This document shows positions 45,380 through 56,265 of a stretch of 64,000 nucleotides of DNA, piece after piece. The position numbers and the translations under genes are program-made. The first letter of the stretch is position 1. Every line of letters begins with the position of its first letter. Location of the stretch: assembly GCA_964291625.2 (NCBI GenBank), contig OZ220089.1, forward strand, positions 2,400,001 to 2,464,000, in the 5' to 3' direction. The stretch is from Candidatus Latescibacterota bacterium. GTDB lineage: Bacteria > Latescibacterota > UBA2968 > UBA8231. Under the pieces are notes generated by a model. It was not told the origin of the DNA. It saw only the letters and a list, made by a program, of their open reading frames with translations, and ran no database searches.

Positions 45380-47590
45380 TCAGCCGCGCCGGCGCTCCAC
45401 GTAGATCGGGCTGCTCCAGGCGCGGTGCTGGTCGACCTGGGTCACCCGCACCCAGTAAGGGCACAGGCCGCTGACGGCGCGGGTGTCCCGGAAGGAGAGC
45501 TCGACGCACGAGGCCAGTTCCGGGTCCGGCGCCGGCCCGGCGATGACGTGACGGCTGGCGCCGCCGGCATCCACCCGCATCGGTTGCTCCCGCACCCGGG
45601 ACAGGGCGAAGTCGAACGTGGCGTGGCCGGACTCGAAGCGGCATGACGTCGACGGCCCCCCTTCGATCTTCAGACACATGCCCATGCGGTTGCCGGCGGT
45701 GACCGTGTCGAACCGGACCGTGCGGGCGTCGGTCTGCTCTACCCGGTCGAAGGGGGTGACCAGGGCGACTGGCTCGACCCCGGCGATGCTTCCGTCGTCG
45801 ACGGTGAATCGCCCCTTCCACGGGGCCCGCTGCCGGGGCGCGCCACCGTGCCTCTCGGTCCCGCCCCAGAGGACCCGCACGGCGCCCTCGACTGGGGCCG
45901 CCGCCGGACGCCAGGTCCACAGCGGCTCGGTCCCGCACAGCAGATCGACCTGCTCGATCCCCGCCGTCCCCTCGGCCTCGATGGCCACCAGGGGACAGCG
46001 GTCCGTGGAGTATTCGCTCCCCATGGGATGGCCGTCGGCCGTGACCGCCAGCCGGATGCGGGGTCCGTCGGTGGCGTAACACCGCCTCTCCGCCATCGCC
46101 TCCCACAGCGCCTCCCGCGTGAGGTCGGCGGCCAGGAAGGCGGTGACCCCGCCGCGCACGTTGCGGATCAGCCGGCTGCCGGGATGGTCGCACCCCGGCC
46201 GGCCGGCGACGCCGTCAGTACCGCCGGTGATCCCGACCCGGTAGCCGCGTCTCAGGGCGTCGAGGACGAACCAGTCCGATGTCCCGTGGGTCGAGTGGAT
46301 CTCGGCCAGGGTCTCGATGCGCGGCTCGTGGAAGTCCAGATTCGTGGGCCGGCCGCCGGCGTGCATGTTGATGAGCACGTCCTCGTCTCGCATCACCTCG
46401 AGGAACTCGGCCGCCGTCTCCAGGTCGGGCTCCGGGTCCGGCACGTCCTCGGTGAAGAACCGTCCCGACCTCCGCAGGCGGGGCTCGTCGCGGCGGTAGA
46501 AGACGTTGCGGTCACCGCCCTCCGGCGTATTGGCGCTCCACTCGCACCCGAGGAAGGCGACGAACCGCCCCTCCTCGTCGGCGGCGGCCGTCTCGCGGCG
46601 CGTCCGTTCCCACAGGTCCAGGCTGACGTGGTGGTCGTTCCCCTGGTGCGAGCAGAGCTGCAGTCCGGCCACGTGGCGGGCCCAGTCGAAGTGGTGGCGG
46701 ACGGAGCCGACGCCGCAGCCGATCTCTCCCTGCCCGGCGTGCAGGTCGCCCCAGAAGACGCGCAGGGCCGGGTGCTCGCGCGCTACCCGCAACGGGTTGG
46801 TCACGGCCTTCAGTCCCCAGGCGGGGAGGGCCGCCTCGATGCGGTGGACGCCGGGGCTGTCGATCCGCACCCGGGCGCGGTAGGCGGGCATCTCCCCGGC
46901 CGGCTCGACGGACACGGCACTCACCCCGTTGGCAGGCACCACCTCCGGGCCGGAACCATCGACAAGCGCCGGGTTCCCCCACTCGTCCTCGACGCGCAGG
47001 GTCAGCTCCAGCTCTTCGCCGACCAGCCCGTCCGCGGGAGCCAGGGCGAACAGCCTCACGGGCTCACCCGCCACCACGGGGAATCCCTGCACCGGCGGCA
47101 GCTGGATCCAGCGGCGGCCCCCTTCGGGGTTGAGCAGGAAGAGCAGCTCCGCCTCCGCAGCGACGAAGGTCGGGGCCCGCCACTCCCGGCAGGCCAGCTC
47201 CACCCGGTCGCCCGGGGTCAGCTCGCCCGAGACCACCTCCACGTCGATCTGGTGATTCCACGGCACGAGGTCGCCCCGGAAGGCGCAGGTGACCCGCAGC
47301 TCGACGCCGCGCTTCGAGCAGGTCGCGTGCACGTGGTCCGGCGCCCCCGGATCGTCCGCCTGCGGCGTGGCCCAGTCGAAGGGCCACAGCCAGACGACGC
47401 GCAGGTGTCCTCCCGCCGGGACCGCGGTCTCGCCGAGCTCGAAAGCCAGGTTCAGCTCAAGGCGCTCTCCGGCCCGCACCGGGGCCGACCGGTCGATGCG
47501 GCCCCTGCCGTGCCGGCGGCGGCGCTCTTCGAGGTCGACGCCGGGGAAGTGATGGATGTGCGGGCCCCCGGGGAAACCGCTGGTCAGCAT
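45380..47590 (-). CDS. DUF3604-like PHP-fold protein
   Basis: 'FWGDLHAG', 'GNDH', 'GCEWS', 'EIHSTHG', 'RRCYAT', C-terminal 'YWVRVTQ..HRAWSSPI'. Confidence 0.8.
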   Translation of the reverse strand: MLTSGFPGGPHIHHFPGVDLEERRRRHGRGRIDRSAPVRAGERLELNLAFELGETAVPAGGHLRVVWLWPFDWATPQADDPGAPDHVHATCSKRGVELRVTCAFRGDLVPWNHQIDVEVVSGELTPGDRVELACREWRAPTFVAAEAELLFLLNPEGGRRWIQLPPVQGFPVVAGEPVRLFALAPADGLVGEELELTLRVEDEWGNPALVDGSGPEVVPANGVSAVSVEPAGEMPAYRARVRIDSPGVHRIEAALPAWGLKAVTNPLRVAREHPALRVFWGDLHAGQGEIGCGVGSVRHHFDWARHVAGLQLCSHQGNDHHVSLDLWERTRRETAAADEEGRFVAFLGCEWSANTPEGGDRNVFYRRDEPRLRRSGRFFTEDVPDPEPDLETAAEFLEVMRDEDVLINMHAGGRPTNLDFHEPRIETLAEIHSTHGTSDWFVLDALRRGYRVGITGGTDGVAGRPGCDHPGSRLIRNVRGGVTAFLAADLTREALWEAMAERRCYATDGPRIRLAVTADGHPMGSEYSTDRCPLVAIEAEGTAGIEQVDLLCGTEPLWTWRPAAAPVEGAVRVLWGGTERHGGAPRQRAPWKGRFTVDDGSIAGVEPVALVTPFDRVEQTDARTVRFDTVTAGNRMGMCLKIEGGPSTSCRFESGHATFDFALSRVREQPMRVDAGGASRHVIAGPAPDPELASCVELSFRDTRAVSGLCPYWVRVTQVDQHRAWSSPIYVERRRG
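45393..45457. repeat. Direct repeat copy 2 (current 3' end of the DUF3604-like gene)
   Basis: Exactly 1700 bp from copy 1. Confidence 0.95.
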
Positions 47591-47594
47591 GCCC

Positions 47595-48749
47595 TCACCC
47601 TCGCAGCGCCCCCACCGGGTCCCCCAGCGCCAGCGCCCGGATTCCCCCGGCCATGTCGAAGGTCCGGGTTCCCGCGTGGATCACGTCGAGCCGGTCCAGG
47701 CGCAGGTCTTCGCGGGCGATGTGCATGCTCCGGGTCAGGCGCGGGGCCGAGGTGAGCTGCACCTCGAAGCCAAGCCGCCGGCCGCCCCGATGGACGAGGA
47801 GATCCAGCTTCGCCCCGGCGTGGGTGGCCCAGAACCAGCACTCTTCCGGAGACGCGTCCAGAAGGCGGATCACCTGGTCGATCACGAAGCCCTCCCAGGA
47901 CGCGCCCACCTTGGGGTGGCCTTCCAGGTCCCGCTGCGACGGCAGGTTCAGCAGGGCGTGTAGCAGGCCGCTGTCCCTCAGGTAGACGCGCGGCGCCTTG
48001 ACCTGCCGCTTGGAGATGTTCTCGTGCCAGGGCTGCAGCTGCCTCACCACCAGGGCCGACTCGAGATGCTCGAGGTAGGACCGGACCGTGGTATCGGCCA
48101 CGCCGAAGGAGCGTGCGAACTCGGAGGCGTTCCACACCTGGCCGTGGTAGTGGGCGAGCATGGTCCAGAACCGGCGCATGGTGCGAGCGCTCACGTTGAC
48201 TCCGAGCTGGGGCAGGTCGCGTTCGAGGAAGGTGCGGAGGAACTGACGCCGCCACTCGAAGCTCTGACCCTCCCCCCGCGCCAGGTACGAGCGCGGGAAT
48301 CCGCCTCGCCGCCAGAGCCGCGCGGGGGTGTCGCGGCCGGTCTCGTCTAGGCAGAACCCGCCCAGCTCGCGGTAGGCGATGCGCCCCGCGAGGGTTTCCG
48401 ACGACTGCCGAAGCAGATCCGGCGAAGCGCTGCCCAGGATCAGGAACCTGGCGGGCGCGTCCGGACGGTCCGCCAACACCCGCAGGGCCGGAAAGAGCCC
48501 GGGCACGCGCTGGATCTCGTCGAGCACCACCAGTCCCGGCAGTGGCCGCAGGGCCCGCAGCGGATCGGCCAGCCGCGCCAGGTCGGCCTCGTCTTCCAGA
48601 TCGAAGCGCTCGACGGGTCCCTCCCAGGCCGACGCGATGAGCCCAGCCAGGGTGCTCTTGCCCACCTGGCGGGCACCGATGATGGCGGCCACCGGATGAT
48701 CCCGCAGCAGCGCGAGCAGTCTCTCTTGTTCTCGATCGCGGTTGTTCAC
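47595..48749 (-). CDS. AAA_14 ATPase with DUF4143 C-terminal domain
   Basis: 'GARQVGKST', 'LDEIQR', 'ILGSAS', 'ETLAGR', 'RGGFP', 'KAPRVYLRDSGL', 'GASWEG'. Confidence 0.9.
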   Translation of the reverse strand: MNNRDREQERLLALLRDHPVAAIIGARQVGKSTLAGLIASAWEGPVERFDLEDEADLARLADPLRALRPLPGLVVLDEIQRVPGLFPALRVLADRPDAPARFLILGSASPDLLRQSSETLAGRIAYRELGGFCLDETGRDTPARLWRRGGFPRSYLARGEGQSFEWRRQFLRTFLERDLPQLGVNVSARTMRRFWTMLAHYHGQVWNASEFARSFGVADTTVRSYLEHLESALVVRQLQPWHENISKRQVKAPRVYLRDSGLLHALLNLPSQRDLEGHPKVGASWEGFVIDQVIRLLDASPEECWFWATHAGAKLDLLVHRGGRRLGFEVQLTSAPRLTRSMHIAREDLRLDRLDVIHAGTRTFDMAGGIRALALGDPVGALRG

Positions 48750-48762
48750 AAACTCAATTTAC

Positions 48763-48797
48763 ATTGAAATCTCTGCGGCGACCACAGAAATTTCAAT
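48763..48797. promoter_or_regulatory. AT-rich imperfect palindrome upstream of the DUF4143 ATPase (operator-like)
   Basis: attgaaatctctg...cagaaatttcaat. Confidence 0.5.
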
Positions 48798-48809
48798 ATG
48801 TGCAGGGAT

Positions 48810-48846
48810 AAGAAAAGAGCCGGACCCCCGTCGGGAATCCGGCTCT
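48810..48846 (-). terminator. Rho-independent terminator of the sigma-factor operon
   Basis: Minus strand gagccggattccc-gac-gggggtccggctc followed by TTTTCTT. Confidence 0.8.
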
Positions 48847-48877
48847 CCTCAAAACAGGTTCGCGGGTCAGGCGCCGC

Positions 48878-49750
48878 TCAGAACACCTCCGTCTCGTCGC
48901 AGATCGCCATCAGCGCGTGGTAGCGCTGGGGGTGCCGCAACTTGCCCAGGGCGCGCTCCTTCAGTTGCCGGACGCGCTCGCGGGTCAGGTTCATCAGGCC
49001 GCCGATCTGCTCCAGGGTCATGGCCTCGGCGCCCTCGAGCCCGAAGTAGAGGCGGATGATCTTGAACTCCCGCTCGTCCAGGGCCTCCAGCACGTTCTCC
49101 AGCTGGCGCCGCGCCGTCTCCTCCATCACGTCGCCGTCGGGCGGTGCCTGGTCGTCGTCGCGCAGCACGTTCATCAGGCTGCGCTCGTCGTCCTCCTCGA
49201 AGCTCTCGTCGAGGGAGCGAACCGAGCGGGCGCTCAGGATCGTGTCCTGCACCTCCTGCGGAGAGACCTGCAGCTCGGCGGCGATCTCCTCGATCTCGGG
49301 CTCGGTGTCACGGCCCTGGCCGAGCTTGTGCGACGCCCGCGAGATGTCCTTGAGCAGGCTCAGCTTGTTCAGCGGCAGGCGCACGGTGCGGGCGTGGTCG
49401 GCGATCGTCTGCAGGATCGACTGCTTGATCCACCAGACGGCGTAGGAGATGAACTTGAAGCCCTTGGTGCCGTCGAACCGCTCGGCGGCCGTCATCAGGC
49501 CCACGTTCCCGGCGCTGATCAGGTCGGCCAGCGACAGGCCGCGGTTCTGGTAGTTCTTGGCCACGTCGATGACGAAGCGCAGGTTGGCCTGCACGAGCTC
49601 GTCGCGGGCCCCCATGTCGCCGGCGTGAATGCGAGCCGACAGCGCCACCTCCTCCTCCCGCGACAGGGGGGTGGAATCGGCGATGTCGTCGAAGTAGAGC
49701 CTGAGAGTGCTCTCTTCCTTGTTGAGGACCTCATGTAGAGGGTAAGCCAT
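48878..49750 (-). CDS. RNA polymerase sigma70-family factor, short RpoD/SigA type (no region 1.1)
   Basis: 'LVQANLRFVIDVAKNY', 'DLISAGNVGL', 'GFKFISYAVWWIKQSI', 'RTVRLP', region 4 'TLEQIG..MNLTRERVRQLKERAL'. Confidence 0.92.
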   Translation of the reverse strand: MAYPLHEVLNKEESTLRLYFDDIADSTPLSREEEVALSARIHAGDMGARDELVQANLRFVIDVAKNYQNRGLSLADLISAGNVGLMTAAERFDGTKGFKFISYAVWWIKQSILQTIADHARTVRLPLNKLSLLKDISRASHKLGQGRDTEPEIEEIAAELQVSPQEVQDTILSARSVRSLDESFEEDDERSLMNVLRDDDQAPPDGDVMEETARRQLENVLEALDEREFKIIRLYFGLEGAEAMTLEQIGGLMNLTRERVRQLKERALGKLRHPQRYHALMAICDETEVF

Positions 49751-49800
49751 CACAACTCCTTGAATCGGTTAGGGATATCTCTTCCGGTTCGGCGCCGCGC

Positions 49801-50340
49801 TCAGGACTCGATCCATCGCGCCCGGTCCACCAGCAGGAACTGCATCTCTTCGGCCGTCTCCGCGTGCTCCATGGCCGAGACGAAGTCCGCGTCTCCGAAG
49901 ACGCGGGCCAGCGCCCCCAGCAGCCTCAGGTAGAGGCCGGGGGCATCGAACGGCACGGCGATCAGGCAGATCATGCCCACCTCCTGGCGATCGTCGCCCG
50001 AGGGGAACTCGATCGGCGCCCTCGTGCGGGCCATGGCCAGGCCCAGGCGGCGCACCATGCGGCCCCGGGCGTGGGGCAGCGCGATGCGGCCCTCCGCCAG
50101 GACCGTGCTGCTCAGGTTCTCGCGCTCCAGGACCGCCTGCATGAAGGCGAGGCTGTCCTCGACCACCTCCTGCCCGCGGAGACGGTCGGCCAGCTCCTTG
50201 ATGGCAGCGATCTTGCTGTCCGCGGCCAGGTCCGGGACCATCAGGGCGGGGTGAGAGACGATGTCCGCCAACTCACCGGCAGCGGCGGGCGCATATTCTG
50301 CACCCACCCCCCGATCACTGGTCAAAGTGCCGTACATCAA
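49801..50340 (-). CDS. PTS IIA-like protein (EIIA Fru/Ntr family)
   Basis: 'AVLERENLSST', phospho-His 'IALPHAR', 'LIAVP...YLRLLGALAR'. Start uncertain. Confidence 0.85.
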   Translation of the reverse strand: MMYGTLTSDRGVGAEYAPAAAGELADIVSHPALMVPDLAADSKIAAIKELADRLRGQEVVEDSLAFMQAVLERENLSSTVLAEGRIALPHARGRMVRRLGLAMARTRAPIEFPSGDDRQEVGMICLIAVPFDAPGLYLRLLGALARVFGDADFVSAMEHAETAEEMQFLLVDRARWIES

Positions 50341-50526
50341 GCCGCAGGTCGTTGTTTTTCAACATCTTGCAGGACAGCTCGAGGGTGCCGGACGAGGGCT
50401 GCAATTCTTGCGCTCCGGGAAACGGGTGGAACTGCGGAACGTGTCGCATCGATGATCCCGACCCCGGTAGGGGTCCGGCGTCGCGGGCTGCCTTGGGGCG
50501 TCTGGTCTGCCGCCCGCAGTGTCATA

Positions 50527-50542
50527 TGCAAAGTCGGTGCCA
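50527..50542 (-). promoter_or_regulatory. sigma54 (-24/-12) promoter for the PTS-IIA/sigma operon
   Basis: Minus strand TGGCACCGACTTTGCA, near-consensus. Confidence 0.8.
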
Positions 50543-50660
50543 TAGACACCGAGAGCACATGTATCTGACGGTTATTACTGGAGTTATGGAATGAAGGCCG
50601 CGGCCCTGGCGGCCCTGGCCGGCGAGCGTTCCAGCGCTGGCGTGCAATTCCTGCAGCAGA

Positions 50661-52049
<1,389 letters not shown>

Positions 52050-52071
52050 GTGAGGATGAGGCGGCGAGGGC

Positions 52072-53160
52072 TCAGGAGGGGTTGGGAGAGCTGGTGGGCA
52101 GGAGAAGGGAGACGGTGGTTCCGCCTTGGGGGCGGCTGGTCAGATGCAGGCTGCCGCCGTGCTGCCGCAGGATGCCCTGGGCGATGGACAGTCCCAGGCC
52201 GGTGCCGCTGTCCTTGGTAGTATAGTAGTACTCGAAAACCCTCTCCAGATCCTCGGGGGACACCCCGCAGCCGTTGTCCTTCACCTGGATCCGCACCTCC
52301 GCCGGCTGCGCCTCCCCGAGAGTCAACTCCACGAGGGGATCCCCGCCCGCCTCCTCCACCGCCTGGAAGGCGTTGATCAGCACGTTCAGCAGCGCCTGGC
52401 TGAGCATGTTCTCGTCGGCGTGCACCGGGGGGATCTGCGGCGGCAGCTTCAGCTCGAGACGGATGCCCCGCTCCCGGGCCTCGGGAGCCACCAGATCGTG
52501 CATGCGCTGCACCACCAGGGCCGGGTCCGTCGGCGCCAGGCGCACCTCCGGCGGGCGCGAGAACCGGAGGAAGTTCTGCACGATGCCGTCGAGGCGGCGG
52601 ACCTCCGCCCGGGCCCGGCCGACGCGCTCGCGCACCCGGTCGGCGGTCTCCTCCCCGAGGGACTCGGCGTCGCGGGCCAGCAGCTGAAGCTGGATGTCCA
52701 CCGCGCCGAGGGGATTGCGCACCTCGTGGGCCACCGACCCGGCCAGCCGCCCGAGGGCGGCCATCCGCTCCGCCTGCCACAGGTGGCGGTCGGGGGGGTC
52801 CCCCGTGGACTCGCGCAGAATGAGCAGGCAGCCCCCGTCGAAGGGGGTCACCCAGGCCTGCAGGCGGCGGCCGTCGCAGGGCACGTGCACGGCCGTGCGC
52901 GGGTTGCGGCTGCGCCAGGCCTGGCTCACCAGGTCCGCCAGGGGGGCGGACCGCCGGAGAGCGGCGCTCCGGCTCGCCCCGGCCTGCGCGGCTTCCCCAA
53001 GCAACTCGGAAGCCGCCGAATTGGCCAGGCTGACGCCGCCGCCGCCATCGAAGATCACCACGGCGTCCGGCATGGCCCGCAGGGCCTCCCAGGCCAGGAG
53101 AGCCGGCCCCTCGTCCGATTGACACCGGTCCCGGGAACCGGTAGGCTCGCGCTCACTCAT
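52072..53160 (-). CDS. Cytoplasmic PAS sensor histidine kinase
   Basis: PAS-like N-terminus with no transmembrane segment, 'AHEVRNPL', 'NVLINAFQA', 'DNGCG', 'GTGLGL'. Confidence 0.92.
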   Translation of the reverse strand: MSEREPTGSRDRCQSDEGPALLAWEALRAMPDAVVIFDGGGGVSLANSAASELLGEAAQAGASRSAALRRSAPLADLVSQAWRSRNPRTAVHVPCDGRRLQAWVTPFDGGCLLILRESTGDPPDRHLWQAERMAALGRLAGSVAHEVRNPLGAVDIQLQLLARDAESLGEETADRVRERVGRARAEVRRLDGIVQNFLRFSRPPEVRLAPTDPALVVQRMHDLVAPEARERGIRLELKLPPQIPPVHADENMLSQALLNVLINAFQAVEEAGGDPLVELTLGEAQPAEVRIQVKDNGCGVSPEDLERVFEYYYTTKDSGTGLGLSIAQGILRQHGGSLHLTSRPQGGTTVSLLLPTSSPNPS

Positions 53161-53200
53161 GGCTACGTCCACGGAAAGGGCCGCGAAGGATCACCCCTAG

Positions 53201-53941
53201 ATGACCGGCAAAGAGGTGTATCGGCGCAAGCGGGCCGTCCGGGACATGTTCAACGCCATCGCCCGCCGCTACGACCTGCTCAACCACCTGCTGAGCGCCG
53301 GCGTCGACATCTACTGGAGGCGGCGGGCCCTGTCCCTCGTGCGCCACGAGGCCCCCCGGAGCCTGCTCGACGTGGCCACCGGCACGGGCGATCTCGCCAT
53401 CGCCGCCCGGCGGCTGGGCGCCGAGCGCATCGTGGCCGCCGACGTCGCACTGGAGATGGTCCGCCTGGGAGTCCCCAAGGCGGCGGCGAGGGGCATCCCC
53501 ATCCACTGGCTGGGGGGCGACGCCGAGCGCCTGCCCTTCGCCGGCGGCTCCTTCGACCTGGTCACGGCGGCCTTCGGCGTGCGCAACTTCGGCGAAATCC
53601 CCGCGGGTCTCGCCGAGGCCCGCCGCGTCCTGCGGCCCGGCGGTGAGCTGGTCGTCCTCGACTTCACCGAGCCCACCCTCTTCGGCTTCCGCCATCTCTA
53701 CCGGCTCTATTTCCGCCGCCTGCTCCCCGTTGTCGGGGGCCTGGTCTCCGGCAACCGCAAGGCCTACTCCTACCTGCCCCGCTCCGTGGGGGATTTCCCC
53801 CAGGGCCGGGCCTTCCTGGAGCTCATGGAGGAGGCCGGCTTCGAGGACAACCGGCATGTGCCGCTGACCCTCGGGATCTGCGCCGTCTACCAGGGGCGGG
53901 TGCCCCGGTCCGGGGTTGTCGCGCCCGGAGGGCAGGGGTAA
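53201..53941 (+). CDS. menG: Demethylmenaquinone methyltransferase (UbiE/MenG)
   Basis: 'MFNAIARRYDLLNHLLS', 'LDVATGTGD', 'AFGVRN', 'AYSYLPRSV'. Confidence 0.9.
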   Translation: MTGKEVYRRKRAVRDMFNAIARRYDLLNHLLSAGVDIYWRRRALSLVRHEAPRSLLDVATGTGDLAIAARRLGAERIVAADVALEMVRLGVPKAAARGIPIHWLGGDAERLPFAGGSFDLVTAAFGVRNFGEIPAGLAEARRVLRPGGELVVLDFTEPTLFGFRHLYRLYFRRLLPVVGGLVSGNRKAYSYLPRSVGDFPQGRAFLELMEEAGFEDNRHVPLTLGICAVYQGRVPRSGVVAPGGQG

Positions 53942-53983
53942 GTTGGGTACCACCATCCTCGTACGAGTTGCCGCGGAATCCCC

Positions 53984-55111
53984 ATGATCCTCGAACAGCA
54001 GATCGAGCGCGCCGGCCTGGCCGGCGTCCACGCCAAGGTCCTCGGCGGCGAGCGCCTGTCGGCCGACGACGGGCTGCTGCTCTACCAGTGCCCGGACCTG
54101 CCCGTCCTCGGGTACCTCGCCAACCTGGTGCGCGAGGCGAGGCACGGGGACACCACCTACTACGTGCGCAACCAGCACATCAACTACACCAACATCTGCA
54201 ACAAGCTGTGCAAGTTCTGCTCCTTCTACGTCAAGCCGAAGGACGACCGGGGTTACGTCCTCGATCCGGAGCAGGTGGCGCGGCGCATCCACGACTACGG
54301 CGATGCCCCGATCACCGAGATCCACATGGTGGGAGGCGTCAACCCCAAGCTGCCCTACCAGTACTACCTCGACCTGATGCGAGCGATGAAGGCGGCCCGG
54401 CCCGAGGCACACCTCAAGGCGTTCACCATGATCGAGATGGCCCAGATCCAGAGGGTGGCGCGCAAGCCGATGGAGGAGGTCTTCGCCGATCTCCGCGAGG
54501 CCGGGCTGGAGTCGCTGCCCGGCGGCGGCGCCGAGGTGTTCTCCGACCGGGTCCAGGAAGACCTGTTCTGGACCAAGGCCGACTCCGAGGACTGGCTGGA
54601 GATCGCCGCCGCCGCCCACCGCACCGGCCTGCCCTCCAACGCCACCATGCTCTACGGCCACGTGGAGAACACGGAGGAGAAGGTCTACCACCTGGCGAGA
54701 CTGCGGGAGGTCCAGGACGAGACGGGCGGCTTCCTGTGCTACATCCCCCTCTCCTTCCATCCCGAGCGTACCGAGATCGACCACCTGCCCGGCCCCACCG
54801 GGCAGCTCGACCTGCGCGAGATCGCCGTGGGCCGGCTCATGCTCGACAACTTCCCCCACATCAAGACCTTCTGGATCATGAACACCATCGAGATCTCCCA
54901 GGTCGCCCTGTGGTACGGCGCCAACGATCTCGACGGCACGGTGATGGACTACGAGATCACCCGCGAGAGCTTCGAGGCGACCCGCCAGCGGCTGACGCAG
55001 CGGGAGCTGCTGGGCCGGATCGTGGAGGCGGGGAGGAAGCCGGTCGAGCGCGACAGCCTCTACAACGTCGTGGCCGGCACCGAGGAGCTGCTGGGCGAGG
55101 CCGCGGGATGA
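53984..55111 (+). CDS. mqnE: Aminofutalosine synthase (radical SAM)
   Basis: 'NYTNICNKLCKFCSF', 'EIHMVGG', 'HLKAFT', 'PGGGAE', 'NATMLYGH', 'DNFPHIK'. Confidence 0.9.
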   Translation: MILEQQIERAGLAGVHAKVLGGERLSADDGLLLYQCPDLPVLGYLANLVREARHGDTTYYVRNQHINYTNICNKLCKFCSFYVKPKDDRGYVLDPEQVARRIHDYGDAPITEIHMVGGVNPKLPYQYYLDLMRAMKAARPEAHLKAFTMIEMAQIQRVARKPMEEVFADLREAGLESLPGGGAEVFSDRVQEDLFWTKADSEDWLEIAAAAHRTGLPSNATMLYGHVENTEEKVYHLARLREVQDETGGFLCYIPLSFHPERTEIDHLPGPTGQLDLREIAVGRLMLDNFPHIKTFWIMNTIEISQVALWYGANDLDGTVMDYEITRESFEATRQRLTQRELLGRIVEAGRKPVERDSLYNVVAGTEELLGEAAG

Positions 55112-56265
55112 ACGGGTCCCGGGGGATCGCCGACATCGGCGAGAAGGTCGGCCGGGAACAGCGGCTGACGTTGGACGACGCCCGCCGGCTCCTGGCCCAT
55201 CCCAACGTGGCGGAGTTGGGCCTGCTGGCCCACGCGGTGCGGATGCGGAAGCATCCCGACCCGGTGGTCACCTACAACGTGGGCCGCAACATCAACTACA
55301 CCAACGTCTGCTGGGTGCGGTGCGACTTCTGCGCCTTCTACCGGCCCCCGGGGTCCGACGAGGGCTACACCCTCCCCCACGAGGAGATCTTCGCGAAGAT
55401 CGACGAGCTCGTGGACTTCGGCGGCGACGAGCCCAAGTCGAACGAGATCCTCATGCAGGGAGGGCTCAACCCCAAGCTGCGCCTCGACTACTACGAGGAC
55501 CTGCTGAGCCAGATCCGCGACCGCTACCCCTCGGTGCAGCTCCACTGCCTGTCGGCCACCGAGATCATCTACATCGCCCACCTGTCGAAGCTCTCCCTGG
55601 AGGAGACGATCCGCCGGCTGCGCGACGCCGGCCTCGACTCGATCCCCGGCGCCGGCGCCGAGATCCTGGTGGACGAGGTGCGGGACGTCATCGGTTTCCG
55701 CAAGGACCGCACCGACGAGTGGCTCGACGTGCACCGCGTTGCCCACGGACTCGGCATGCGCACCACGGCGACGATGATGTACGGCCACGTGGAGAGTGTC
55801 GAGGACCGCCTCGAGCACCTCCGCCTGCTGCGCGACCTGCAGGACGAGACCGGCGGTTTCACCGCCTTCATCGCCTGGAACTTCCAGCCCGACGAGACCG
55901 ACCTCGGCGCCGACGCCTCCCGCTGGAACGGGGTCAAGGCCAGCGGCTACGACCACCTGCGGACGGTCGCGGTGAGCCGCCTCTTCCTCGACAACTTCGA
56001 CCACTTCCAGGCCTCGTGGGTCACCCAGGGGCCGCGGATCGCCCAGGTCAGCCTGCGCTGCGGGATCGACGATTTCGGTAGCACCATGCTCGAGGAGAAC
56101 GTGGTCAGCGCCGCCGGCACGAGCCACACCAACGAGATGGACCTGGCGAACATGGAACGGCTGATCCGCGACGCCGGGTTCGATCCTGTGCGGCGCAACA
56201 CCCGCTACGAAAAGGTGGCCGCCCGGCCCCGGTTGCAGGCCTTGGGGCACGCCGCCGCTTCATGA
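55108..56265 (+). CDS. mqnC: Cyclic dehypoxanthinyl futalosine synthase (radical SAM)
   Basis: 'RNINYTNVCWVRCDFCAFYR', 'ILMQGG', 'PGAGAEIL', 'QASWVTQG', 'GSTMLEENVV'. Confidence 0.92.
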   Translation: MNGSRGIADIGEKVGREQRLTLDDARRLLAHPNVAELGLLAHAVRMRKHPDPVVTYNVGRNINYTNVCWVRCDFCAFYRPPGSDEGYTLPHEEIFAKIDELVDFGGDEPKSNEILMQGGLNPKLRLDYYEDLLSQIRDRYPSVQLHCLSATEIIYIAHLSKLSLEETIRRLRDAGLDSIPGAGAEILVDEVRDVIGFRKDRTDEWLDVHRVAHGLGMRTTATMMYGHVESVEDRLEHLRLLRDLQDETGGFTAFIAWNFQPDETDLGADASRWNGVKASGYDHLRTVAVSRLFLDNFDHFQASWVTQGPRIAQVSLRCGIDDFGSTMLEENVVSAAGTSHTNEMDLANMERLIRDAGFDPVRRNTRYEKVAARPRLQALGHAAAS

